Under the pieces are notes generated by a model, which was not told the origin of the DNA, did no database searches, and worked only from the letters and a program-made list of their open reading frames with translations. A stretch of DNA of 64,000 bases from Macrostomum hystrix (Eukaryota; Animalia; Platyhelminthes): positions 14,756,001 to 14,820,000 of the forward strand of contig CATNEN010000003.1 of assembly GCA_950097015.1 (NCBI GenBank), in the 5' to 3' direction. This document shows positions 33,701 through 45,500 of the stretch, piece after piece. The translations under genes and the position numbers were made by a program. How positions within the stretch are numbered: the first letter of the stretch is position 1; the number at the start of each line of letters is the position of its first letter.

Positions 33701-36469
33701 AGGGATCATTACTGTTTGGGTCAAGGGATCAATACTGTGTGGATCAAGGGATCATTACTGTGTGGATCAAGGGATCATTACTGTGTGGGTCAAGGGATCA
33801 TTACTGTGTGGATCAAGGGATCATTACTGTGTGGGTCAAGGGATCATTACTGTGTGGGTCAAGGGATCATTACTGTGTGGATCAAGGGATCATTACTGTG
33901 TGGATCAAGGGATCATTACTGTGTGGGTCAAGGGATCATTACTGTGTGGGTCAAGTGATCATTACTGTGTGGATCAAGGGATCATTACTGTGTGGGTCAA
34001 GGGATCATTACTGTGTGGATCAAGGGATCATTACTGTGTGGGTCAAGTGATCATTACTGTGGGGGTCAAGGGATCACTACTGTGTGGATCAAGGGATCAT
34101 TACTGTGGGGGTCAAGTGATCATTACTGTGTGGGTCAAGTGATCATTACTGTGTGGGTCAAGTGATCATTACTGTGGGGGTCAAGGGATCATTACTGTGT
34201 GGGTCAAGTGATCATTACTGTGGGGGTCAAGGGATCATTACTGTGTGAGTCAAGTGATCATTACTGTGGGGGTCAAGGGATCATCACTATGTGGGTCAAG
34301 AGATCATTAACGAGTGGGTCAAGAGATTATTACTGTGTAGGTCAAGGGATTATTACTGAGTAGGTCAAGGGATCATTACTGTTTGGGTCAAGGGATCATT
34401 ACTGTGTGGATCAAGGGATCATTACTATTTGGGTCAAGGGATCATCACTATGTGGGTCAAGAGATCATTAACGAGTGGGTCAAGAGATTATTACTGTGTG
34501 GATCAAGGGATCATTACTGTTTGGGTCAAGGGATCATCACTATGTGGGTCAAGAGATCATTAACGTGTGGGTCAAGAGATTATTACTGTGTAGGTCAAGG
34601 GATTATTACTGTGTAGGTCAAGGGATTATTACTGTGTGGATCAAGGGATCATTACTGTGTGGATCAAGGGATCATTACTGTGTGGATCAAGGGATCATTA
34701 CTGTGTGGATCACGGCATCATTTCTGTGAAGGTCAAGTGATCATTACTGTGGGGGTCAAGGGATCATTACTGTGTAGGTCAAGTGATCATTACTGTGGGG
34801 GTCAAGGGATCATTACTGTGGGGGTCAAGGGATCATTACTGTGGGGGTCAAGTGATCATTACTGTGGGGGTCAAGGGATCATTACTGTGTAGGTCAAGTG
34901 ATCATTACTGTGGGGGTCAAGGGATCATTACTGTGTGGATCAAGGGATCATTACTGTTTGGGTCAAGGGATCATTACTGTGTGGGTCAAGGGTCAAGGGA
35001 TCATCACTATGTGGGTCAAGAGATCATTAACGTGTGGGTCAAGAGATTATTACTGTGTAGGTCAAGGGATTATTACTGTGTGGGTCAAGGGTCAAGGGAT
35101 CATCATTGTGTGGGTCAAGGGATCATTACTGTGTGAGTCAAGGGATATTTCTGTGAGTCAATGGATAATTTCGGTGTGGGTCAAGACATCATTTCTGTGA
35201 GTCAATGGATAATTTCGGTGTGGGTCAAGACATCATTTCTGTGAGTCAATGGATAATTTATGTGTGGGTCAAGGCATAATTTCAGTGAGTCAAGGGATCA
35301 TTACTGTGTGGGTCAAGGAATCATTTCTGTGAGTCAATAGGATGAAGCAAACAGGCTCACTTTGGTAATGATGTTGGCGCCAGTGTGGCACACAATACCG
35401 GCCATCTCCATGCTGTACCATCTGGCACCCTTCCGCATAACGTAGCCGTAGAATGAGTTGAGAATGCATTTGTGAGCCAACTGCAGCGAGTCGTAGAGCA
35501 CGAGCATGCCGTTGCATCGTTTAATTTCGCCGGCGTCACCCTTGGCCGTGGCCTTGTCCAAATTATTCTTCCACACTTTGCAAAGATCTTTGAATTTGTA
35601 GCGACGGTCGCGAAATGCGCGAACTGTGTCGACGTAGAATGAGTTCTCTCGTTGGCAAATTGTGGCTGTTCGCTGCTCCAGTCTAAGGATTATGGTGAAA
35701 TGGAAGGGATTAGGGAAAAACCCTAATGACCGAACCGAATGACCGACTTTCGTGAAAGTCGACCATTTTAATTAAAATTATCCGCCCTTTACGATCAGCC
35801 AACTTTCAAAGCCGTCCGACGTCAGCATCGTCGAGATATTCAGCGATTTCTGAATCGATGACCCTGGTGACACGGGCAACTAACATTGCTCTGAATAGCC
35901 GACATGGTTACAGATAAAGCTTTGAGCAGAAAAATGGTGTCTATATATTGGTGTTTTACGCCACTAGACACCCGGACGAAAACCGTTGAATATCTCGACG
36001 ATGTCAATCAATGTCCAAAAGTGGTCTCATTGGGTAAAGCGGAAAATTTTAGACCGTGTTCTGAATTATCATGGCGATCGGTTGAATACTTTAGGAGGTA
36101 CTATACAGAACAAAGAAAAAAGGAATTGCTTTTAATTCTCAAAGGTCTCTAAAATTAGGGATTTAGTGGAAATTCGGTGCAACTAAAAGTAATCAAGATT
36201 TAGGGTCAACAAAGGTCATTGTGAGTTAGGATCTAAAAAAGCCAAATATGATAAGACGATAGATTCAGGGCAACCAAAACACTTTGAATTTGAATTAGAC
36301 ATAACACGTCGGTGTCAATCAAGGTCAAAGTCTCACTTTGGCTTCTCACCTAGTCACGTGCACCTTCTTGTAGGCGCGCCTACAGAAATCAGTTAGGCGT
36401 TTCTTTTCAACGGCCGCTTTCTCTTCTTTAGACAACTGATAGAAGGCTCGAGTTGCTGATGGGCCGGAC

Positions 36470-36505
<36 letters not shown>

Positions 36506-39500
36506 GGAAATCGGCCCTTAAACCGATCGGGCTGTCCGCTAGTGGTCGGAGGCGCCGGCGGGAAGCGTTCCTGCTCAAGCTGCGCCTGAATTCGATGATA
36601 TTCACTGCGATTAGCCGGCATCACCTCGCCTCGCCAGCTCCAGGTCATGTTTCGTTGGCAGCGCTCGCCTGGTCGATTAAAATCGCAGGCGGCGCACACG
36701 GACGCGTTCACAATGGCACTGGGCTGCAGTCGATTTGTTAAAATAATGTTCGGATACATGGCGCCAACGTCCAGGTGATAAATAATTGGCTTCTCTAAGC
36801 GGACTGGATTGTCACGCAGGTCGGCTAATTTCTCTTTAATTTCGGAGCACACTTCGGCAAAGTTCAAACAGTCGGCCAGGGGTAGGCCGGCTTCGACTTC
36901 GACTGCGTGGCGCATTGTGTCCTCTACTGAGTGCAGGAGGTCCTGGAAAATGGTGGGCGGCGTTGATCAAAGGATGCTCTGAGATAAGGCTTAGAAATGT
37001 AAGCGGCACGGTTAAAAAATATGTGCTCTAAGATAAGGCGTAAAAATGCTAGCGGTATAGATCAAAGGATACTCTAGATTCAAGTAGAGTAATGTCAGCG
37101 AAATAGATCAAATGAAGAGAAATAAGAGCGCCATAGATCAAATGATGAAGTTGATTCAAGTGGAGAAACGCAAGCGGCACAGATCAAAGGATGTTCTGGA
37201 TTCAAGTAGAGAAATGCAAGCGGCAAAGATCAAAGGATGTTCTCGATACTAGAAGAGAAATGCAAGCGGCATAGATCAAAGGATGTTCTGGATTCAAGTA
37301 AGTGGAGAAACGCAGGCGGCATAGATCAAAGGATGTTCTGGATTCAAGTAAGTGGAGAAACGCAGGCGGCATAGATCAAAGGATGTTCTGGATTCAAGTA
37401 AGTGGAGAAACGCAGGCGGCATAGATCAAAGGATGTTCTGGATTCAAGTAGAGAAATGCTGGCGGCATAGATCAAACGTGCTTGCTCATAGTAACTAACC
37501 TGAAATGCCTCTGGCACCATTTTGAATTTGCAGGGCAGATTGGCGCGAAACACGCCAGATTCCAGGGCCTCAACGTGGCCGCCAACGTAAGTCTCCTGGT
37601 CTAGCACGTGACCATCTGGTGTGAGCTTGTTCAACTGGCTTTCCTGCTTGTTCGGATAGACAATATTGGCGTGATAGGCTTCAACCATTAGTAGGGCCTC
37701 GCATAGAGTCCCGGAGCCTTTTCTGAGCACTTCGTCCGGCTCCAATGGAATGATGGTGCACAGGGCGAAGATAAACGGATGAACATACTTCATGTAGAGA
37801 TAGTAGGTGGCCACAGCGTCAGACACTGAATAGTTGGCTAGCTGGCGCGGGTCTTCGGCGGCCATTCGGCACATGTCCTCCGGGTCGATCTCAACCGGAT
37901 TGTATCTGGATTTATAGCGGCGTTTGTTTGAAGATGACCCTACCACAATGTCACTCCTAAGTAGTGACAGTCCGAAATTTCATTTTTCTCGGCGTAATAT
38001 CGAAATCAGAATATTACAGACAATCACAAAACTGTCACTCCATAGAGGACTGAAGTGTCCTGAAGTGCCGAACTAAGGTAGATTGGCGGTCCTACAATGT
38101 CACTCTTAGGTAGAACGACGGTTCTGAAATGCCACTTTAAGGTAGAGGTAGAGAACCGGTCCTACAATGTCACTCTAAGGAAGATTGGCGGTCCTACAAT
38201 GTCACTCTAAGGAAGATTGGCGGTCCTACAATGTCACTCTAAGGAAGATTGGCGGTCCTACAATGTCACTCTAAGGAAGATTGGCGGTCCTACAATGTCA
38301 CTCTAAGGAAGATTGGCGGTCCTACAATGTCACTCTAAGGAAGATTGGCGGTCCTACAATGTCACTTTAAGGTAAAGAAACGGTCCTACAATGTCACTCT
38401 AAGGTAGAGTGACGGTCCTGAAATGCCACTTTTAGATATAGGTAGAGAACCGGTCCTACAATGTCACTCTAAGGTAGAGAACCAGTCCTACAATGTCACT
38501 CTAAGGTAGATTGGGGGTCCGACAATGTCACTCTGAGGTAGAGTGACAGTTCTAAAATGTCACTATGGTAAAGTAACTGCTTTGAAATGGCACCCTAAGG
38601 TACAGTTACGGTCCAAAAATGTCACTCTAAGGTAAAGTAACGATTCTAAAATTGTCGCTTCAGTTTGGTAAAAGTAAATGACGAGTAAAGATGATATAAT
38701 AGACAATTAGGATACTAGATTTATTTTGCTGAAAGAAACTCACCTAAGCTTAGCCTTAGCAACCGCTTTGAGTCCCTGGCTACCAACAGGCAGGTAGCTG
38801 TCACGCTTGACCCACTTCAAGCAGTCCATGTGAATTGCCGGCCTACATTTGTATTCATTTTGGTTGTCCCTGGCGAAGCCGATTTCGTCCTGCATATTGA
38901 TACCGTGAACGCTAGCTCTGGCTTCAACAAATGGCCAATCGAAGAAGTCGCCGTTGTAGGTGACAAAGATTGTTGGCTGACGCTCTTTAACGTGGCTAAA
39001 GAAGCGTTCAATTGTTGTTTTCTGCAATGCGACAGAAAAAATGGTGTCACTCCAGCTAATGAAGAAACAAGAGTGACGCATCCAATGTCACTCCAACTAG
39101 AAAAGAAGCAAGAGTGACGCATCCAATGTCACTCCAGCTAGAATAGAAACAAGAGTGACGCTTCCATTGTCACTCCAGCTAGAAAAGAAACAAGAGTGAC
39201 GCATCCAATGTCACTCCAGTTAGAAAAGAAACAAGACTGACGCATCCAATGTCACTCCTGCTAAAAAAATAAACAAGACTGACGCATCCAATGTCACTCC
39301 AGCTAATGAAGAAACAAGAGTGACGCATCCAATGTCACTCCAGCTAATGAAGAAACTAGAGTGACGCTTCCAATTTCACTCCAGCTAATGAAGAAACAAG
39401 AGTGACGCATCCAATGTCACTCCAGCTAGAAAAGAAACAAGAGTGACGCATCCAATGTCACTCCAGCTAATGAAGAAACAAGAGTGACGCATCCAATGTC

Positions 39501-42500
39501 ACTCCAGCTAGAAAAGAAACAAGAGTGACGCATCCAATGTCACTCTAGCTAGAAAAGAAACAAGAGTGACGCATCCAATGTCACTCTAGCTAGAAAAGAA
39601 ACAAGAGTGACGCATCCAATGTCACTCTAGCTAGAAAAGAAACAAGAGTGACGCATCCAATGTCACTCCAGCTAGAAAAGAAACAAGAGTGACGCATCCC
39701 ATGTCACTCCTGCTAAAAAAATAAACAAGAGTGACGCATCCAATGTCACTCCAGCTAGAATAGAAACAAGAGTGACGCTTCCAATATCACTCTAGCTAGA
39801 AAAGAAACAAGACTGACGCATCCAATGTCACTCCTGCTAAAAAATAAACAAGACTGACGCATCCAATGTCACTCCAGCTAATAAAGAAACAAGAGTGACG
39901 CTTCCAATATCACTCCAGTTAGAAAAGAAACAAGACTGACGCATCCAATGTCACTCCTGCTAAAAAATAAACAAGACTGACGCATCCAATGTCACTCCAG
40001 CTAATAAAGAAACTAGAGTGACGCTTCAATGCCACTCCAGCTAATGAAGAAACTAGAGTGACGCTTCCAATGTCACTCCAGCTAATGAGGAAACTAGAGT
40101 GACGCTTCCAATGTAACTCTAGCTAGAAAAGAAACAAGAGTGACGCTTCCAATGTAACTCTAGCTAGAAAAGAAACAAGAGTCACGCTTCCAATGTCACT
40201 CTAGCTAGAAAATAAACAAGACCGACGCATCCAATGTCACTCCAGCTAGCAAAGAAACAAGAGTGACGCATCCAATGTCACTCCAGCTAGAATGGAAACA
40301 AGAGTGATGCTTCCAATGTCACTCTAGCTAGCAAAGAAACAAGAGTGACACATCCAATGTCATTCACATTTGCAGCATCCAAAGCATATTGCAGCAGATT
40401 TAAGCGCAACCTACCTCATTCGGCTCATTAAACACGGTAAACATGCCCTCAAATTCCGGTCTAGGCGTGAATTCAAAATCTTCGACATCTTGGGCGATAA
40501 TCTCGCGGTTGCAGATTAAATAACCGTCTCCGTCGATCATGTAGGAGATCATCATGATCTGGTCGGACGAGGCGTCGGGAAATTTCAACGGCAACTTGGT
40601 CGTCTCAATGTCGTAGGCTAGCACGACGGGATCCTACAGGGCGGGTGGGAAGATTTCAGAGGAATTTACAGAAAATGGCACATCATTTGGTTACAATAGA
40701 CCCGCAGCCAGCGAGGAGGCAATTCTGCCCATTTTGCTGACTCCTGAGCACATACGCGAACAGGTGTACATCTGCACTGACTTTCTCATCGTCAGTGTAC
40801 ACTCTTACTGCACGACAAGCCACCAAGCGGCTGCGCCTCAATTTAATGTGGCCTCACCGCGAAATCGAGCTCAGGGACCTTGGTGCGAGAGACTAAAGCG
40901 TTAACCACTCAGCCACTCATGCCCTAGAAATCAAGATTAAAATAAAGTGGTTATTTCCCGGAAATATATAATTACGTAGGATTCGTTAGACATTTCTTAG
41001 AAAATAAAAAACTATAAACTAAGATTTCTTTAAAAAATAATATTCTAACGCGTTGAGGTTTCTTAGAAATCAATAATTTCAAGAACATTACCGAAAAATT
41101 ATAATCTGGTGAATTGTAGTTTTTTTTATCGATAAGGCAAAAAGTTAGAACTGATTAGAAATGGTGTCGCAAGACTTACAGGCCTATCAACCAGATCTTC
41201 CCTGGGCGTAATCTCGGGAACAGACGAGCCTCGGCAACAAACTCTGTACCAATTGCCGACAAAGATCTTCAAATCGATGGACACTCGCACGTGATAGGGC
41301 ACATCGTGTTCACTGGAATTTGGATAAAAAAGTAAGATAATTAAAACGTTTCTAATGCCTTCGCTGGGTGTTACAATTCGTTCAGTTAACTAGCCATGCA
41401 CGTTTTTAAAGCCTAGCCAAGAACCTTCTAAAATAACCCTTCAAAAATGACTAATCTAAAATGAGTCATTTAGTAGGTCATTACCATCAGAAACAAAATG
41501 AGTCATTCAGGAGACATCAGCATTTAAAACAAATTGAGTCGTTTAGTTGGTCATTCCCATCCAATTCAAAATAAGTCATTCGGTTGGTCATTAACAAAAA
41601 ACAAAATGAGTCATTCGGTTGGTCATTAACAACAAAAACAGAATGAGTCATTCGGTTGGTCATTAACAACAAAACAAAATTAGTCATTCGGTTGGTCATT
41701 ACCATCCAATTCAAAATAAGTCATTCGGTTGGTCATTAACAACAAAACAAAATAAGTCATTCGGTTGGTCATTAATGACAAAACAAAATGAGTCATTCGG
41801 TTGGTCATTTACAACAAAAACAAAATTAGTCATTCGGTTGGTCATTACCATCCAATTCAAAATAAGTCATTCGGTTGGTCATTAACAACAAAACAAAATA
41901 AGTCATTCGGTTGGTCATTAACAAGAAAACAAAATGAGTCATTCGGTTGGTCATTAACAACAAAAACAAAATTAGTCATTCGGTTGGTCATTAACAACAA
42001 AAACAAAATGAGTCCTTCGGTTGGTCATTAACAACAAAAACGAAATGAGTCATTCGGTTGGTCATTAACAACAAAACAAAATGAGTCATTCGGTTGGTCA
42101 TTACCATCCAATTCAAAATAAGTCATTCGGTTGGTCATTAACAACAAAAACAAAATGAGTCATTCGGTTGGTCATTACCATCCAATTCAAAATAAGTCAT
42201 TCGGTTGGTCATTAACAACAAAAACAAAACAAAACAGTCATTTTGGTTTGTCATTTTTTCGGTCTTGACAAAAAAGAAACTTCTTTTGCCTTTACCTGTT
42301 TCGTAAAAAGTTCTTAATAGCTAATAACTCTTTTAAGAAGCTGGTCTATTGCTGTTTTTAAATATATGTCCCGTCTATTTTCTACTAATGGTCCTTAATT
42401 AGCAGTCATAAGCGTAGCCAAAAAGGTGTTTTGATAGCTAGTTATGAGTCTTCTAAGAATTTTGTAAGAAACACAAGCGTTTCATTAGTACTTATTACCG

Positions 42501-45500
42501 CAAATCCAGAATATTATCAGTCTGGTCCACAATCATATGGGTGTAACCGGTTTCCGATTTTCTCTGATCCCGATGCTGCTCCAGTTGGTGCTGCTGCTGC
42601 TCGCCAGAGAAATGACTAGCCAGCATGCTAGTATAGGCTGTTTTAGCATTCTCTTTCTCTCTATTGGCTTTCACCTTGGGCATTAGTTCACGTTTGACTC
42701 GCATTAGATCGTCAACTGAGAAGAATGCCAACTTGATGTAGGTCTTCTTTAGGCCAGATAGGTGATTAGCCTGCAATTATTCGGATAAATTATTTTATTT
42801 TAGATAGATGAAACAGGTAACAGAAGATACCCTGATTATCATCGAAGACCTGAAGGATTGTCATCGAACCTGAAAACTTGAACAAGTATCATCAAACCCG
42901 AAGATCATAATCCTTCAGATATTCGAAGACCTGAAGGATTATCATCAAAGACCTGAAGGACTATCATCAAAGACCTGAAGGACTATCATCAAAGACCTGA
43001 AGTATTATTATCAAAGACCTGAAGGATTATCATCAAAGACCTGAAGGACTATCATCAAAGACCTGAAGTATTATTATCAAAGACCTGAAGGATTATCATC
43101 AAAGACCTGAAGGATTATCATCAAAGACCTGAAGGATTATCATCAAAGACCTGAAGGATTATCATCAAAAACCTGAAGGATTATCATCAAAGACCTGAAG
43201 AATTATCATCAAAAACCTGAAGGATTATCATTAAAAACCTGAAGAATTATCATTAAAGACCTGAAGGATTATCATTAAAGACCTGAAGGATTATCATCAA
43301 AGACCTGAAGAATTATCATTAAAGACCTGAAGGATTATCATTAAAGACCTGAAGGATTATCATCAAAGACCTGTTGGACTATCATGAAAAGTAAAGGATT
43401 ATCATTACACATAAAGCATTGTCATCATAATCTAAAGACCCATTAAAACAATACAATTGTTTTATTTTGAGCATAGCAACAAGCGTACTCACCAATTCTA
43501 GGTCCTCCTTTTCTAACAAATCTAGGCTAGCAAATCTGCCAGCATATTTCTTGGAGAGGTAGGATAACACTTCGTGCTCGCAGCCTTCTCGCACAGCGGC
43601 ATAGAAATAGGGACGATAAGGCAGCGACGCTTTGAATCTGCTGCCGTCGTCTCTTAAAAAATAATAGTCAACAGCGCTGACTAATCGCTTCTCTTCGTCG
43701 ATGATGTCCGACTAATCACAAAGAAAGTAGTATGTGTGGCGTTTTTTATATTTTATTCTACATAAATAAAAAAATAAGATGACAAAAAAGACAAAACAAT
43801 AAACAATATTGCGCGGTGCTTCTAAAGGCTGCGTACAACAGTTCAGTCCGCGGACCCAAATTTCTACCCGTGCCCGTTTTTAACAGCGGCTTAAACTGAA
43901 GCAAAGAAAAACTCTGGCTTGCTTAAATACACAATTTTTTTCCTTAAGCTTAGATTCCCAGAGGGGTGAGTCATCAACGTAATGCCCTTTGCGCACCAAG
44001 GTCCCTGAGCTCGATTGCGCGGTGAGTCCAGATTCATTTGGGGGGCTCAATGATTTACACCCTTGAGGGTCAACCTCCAAGGCACAGAGAGTGTACACTG
44101 CCTGACGATGAGAAAGTCAGGGTAGATGTACACACCTGTGTGAGTGTGTGCCTGGTGTACGGTATCTGTGTACGCGTGTGCTCAGGAGTCAGCGAAATGG
44201 GCAGAATTGCAGAATTGTCACCAAATGATGGGCCATTGTCCGCAGACCTACTACAATTATTTCTTTTTCAAGATTAGAAGCTCGTTTCACATTGCACTAG
44301 TGCCTCTGCAAATCAAGTTTAATTAACACTGAAAGAGTGTTAAGATTTTTGAACAACGAAGCCTATAACTATAGAATTTAACGCACATACTTACCGGATG
44401 CATGTTGACCAGCCATCCAGTGTGTTCTCCCGGTTCTTTCAGTCTGGCGAAGCCATAGATTTCGTCTATGGTTTCGTTGGTACGAACTCGTCGGATTCGT
44501 CGCTCTGCACCCTCGTCATTTGATTGGCTGTTGTTGGGGGGAGAAATAAAAAAATATATATGATCAACATAGGGAAAAGTAACTAAATACTTTAAATAAA
44601 TCAAGTACTGTGAAAACATTCTTTATTTAGAAGTTCAAAGCTTCTTATAATTTTAACACCTTCATTATTTCTACAGGCTTTATTAAAAAAACAGGTGTTG
44701 TGCGTTTTAAAAATTTATCTCCAAAATTGGATACATCTTAAGGCTATCAGCAGATTTTGCTTTGTTTCATTTCATCTTCATCTTATTATATAAACCTCTT
44801 GTATTATCTGCTGTATAATCTATTCACAGCTACCTTGTCTAAATATGTTGGGATAATTTAAAGTTCAGTGACTATTGGCTAAGTGAGAGATTCTGTTATT
44901 TGGATAACATTTGGATAGTTATGTTTAGGTTTACTAAATTAAAGCACATTTTGCTATATGTAGAACTTTTCATTGGGCCTTGTAAACATTTTCTGATTCA
45001 AAGGCATCTGAAAAATGACAAAAGCATTAGGTGAACCACTACAACAAAAATATATGTTTATGAGAATTATGAGAACTCTTGTAGAACTTATGTGCAAACT
45101 ATTGTCAGGATTATGTAATAATACAAAAGTATTTTAAATTCCTAACTCACAAATTTTGTATAAATAAACTAAAATGATAAGAACTAAACACTTCAAGGGT
45201 AGCTTATTTTTTATCTGGACTAAATGTGGAATAGAATATTTTAAATCCTACAGTTCTTATTAAACAAAAAAACAATTCCATTATGTGAAAAAGTACAAGG
45301 GTACTGGAATTTTTTTTGAAACTTGAGTCTGATTATGGTAAAAATCAAATTATAACATGGCCTTCTCATGAGAAAGGAAACAACAGATGTGAAATTACAT
45401 TTAGCCAAAAGTTATGAAATTAGTGAGCTAAACATTCCTTCTGAGTATAGGTCTAAGGAGAGCCAGTGTCATTTTATCATGGCTTGGCAATATTGTGGTA

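Noticed and set aside
39044-40362. CRISPR-like array of palindromic repeats
   Set aside because: No unique spacers, no cas genes, and it lies in a spliceosomal intron of a eukaryotic gene.
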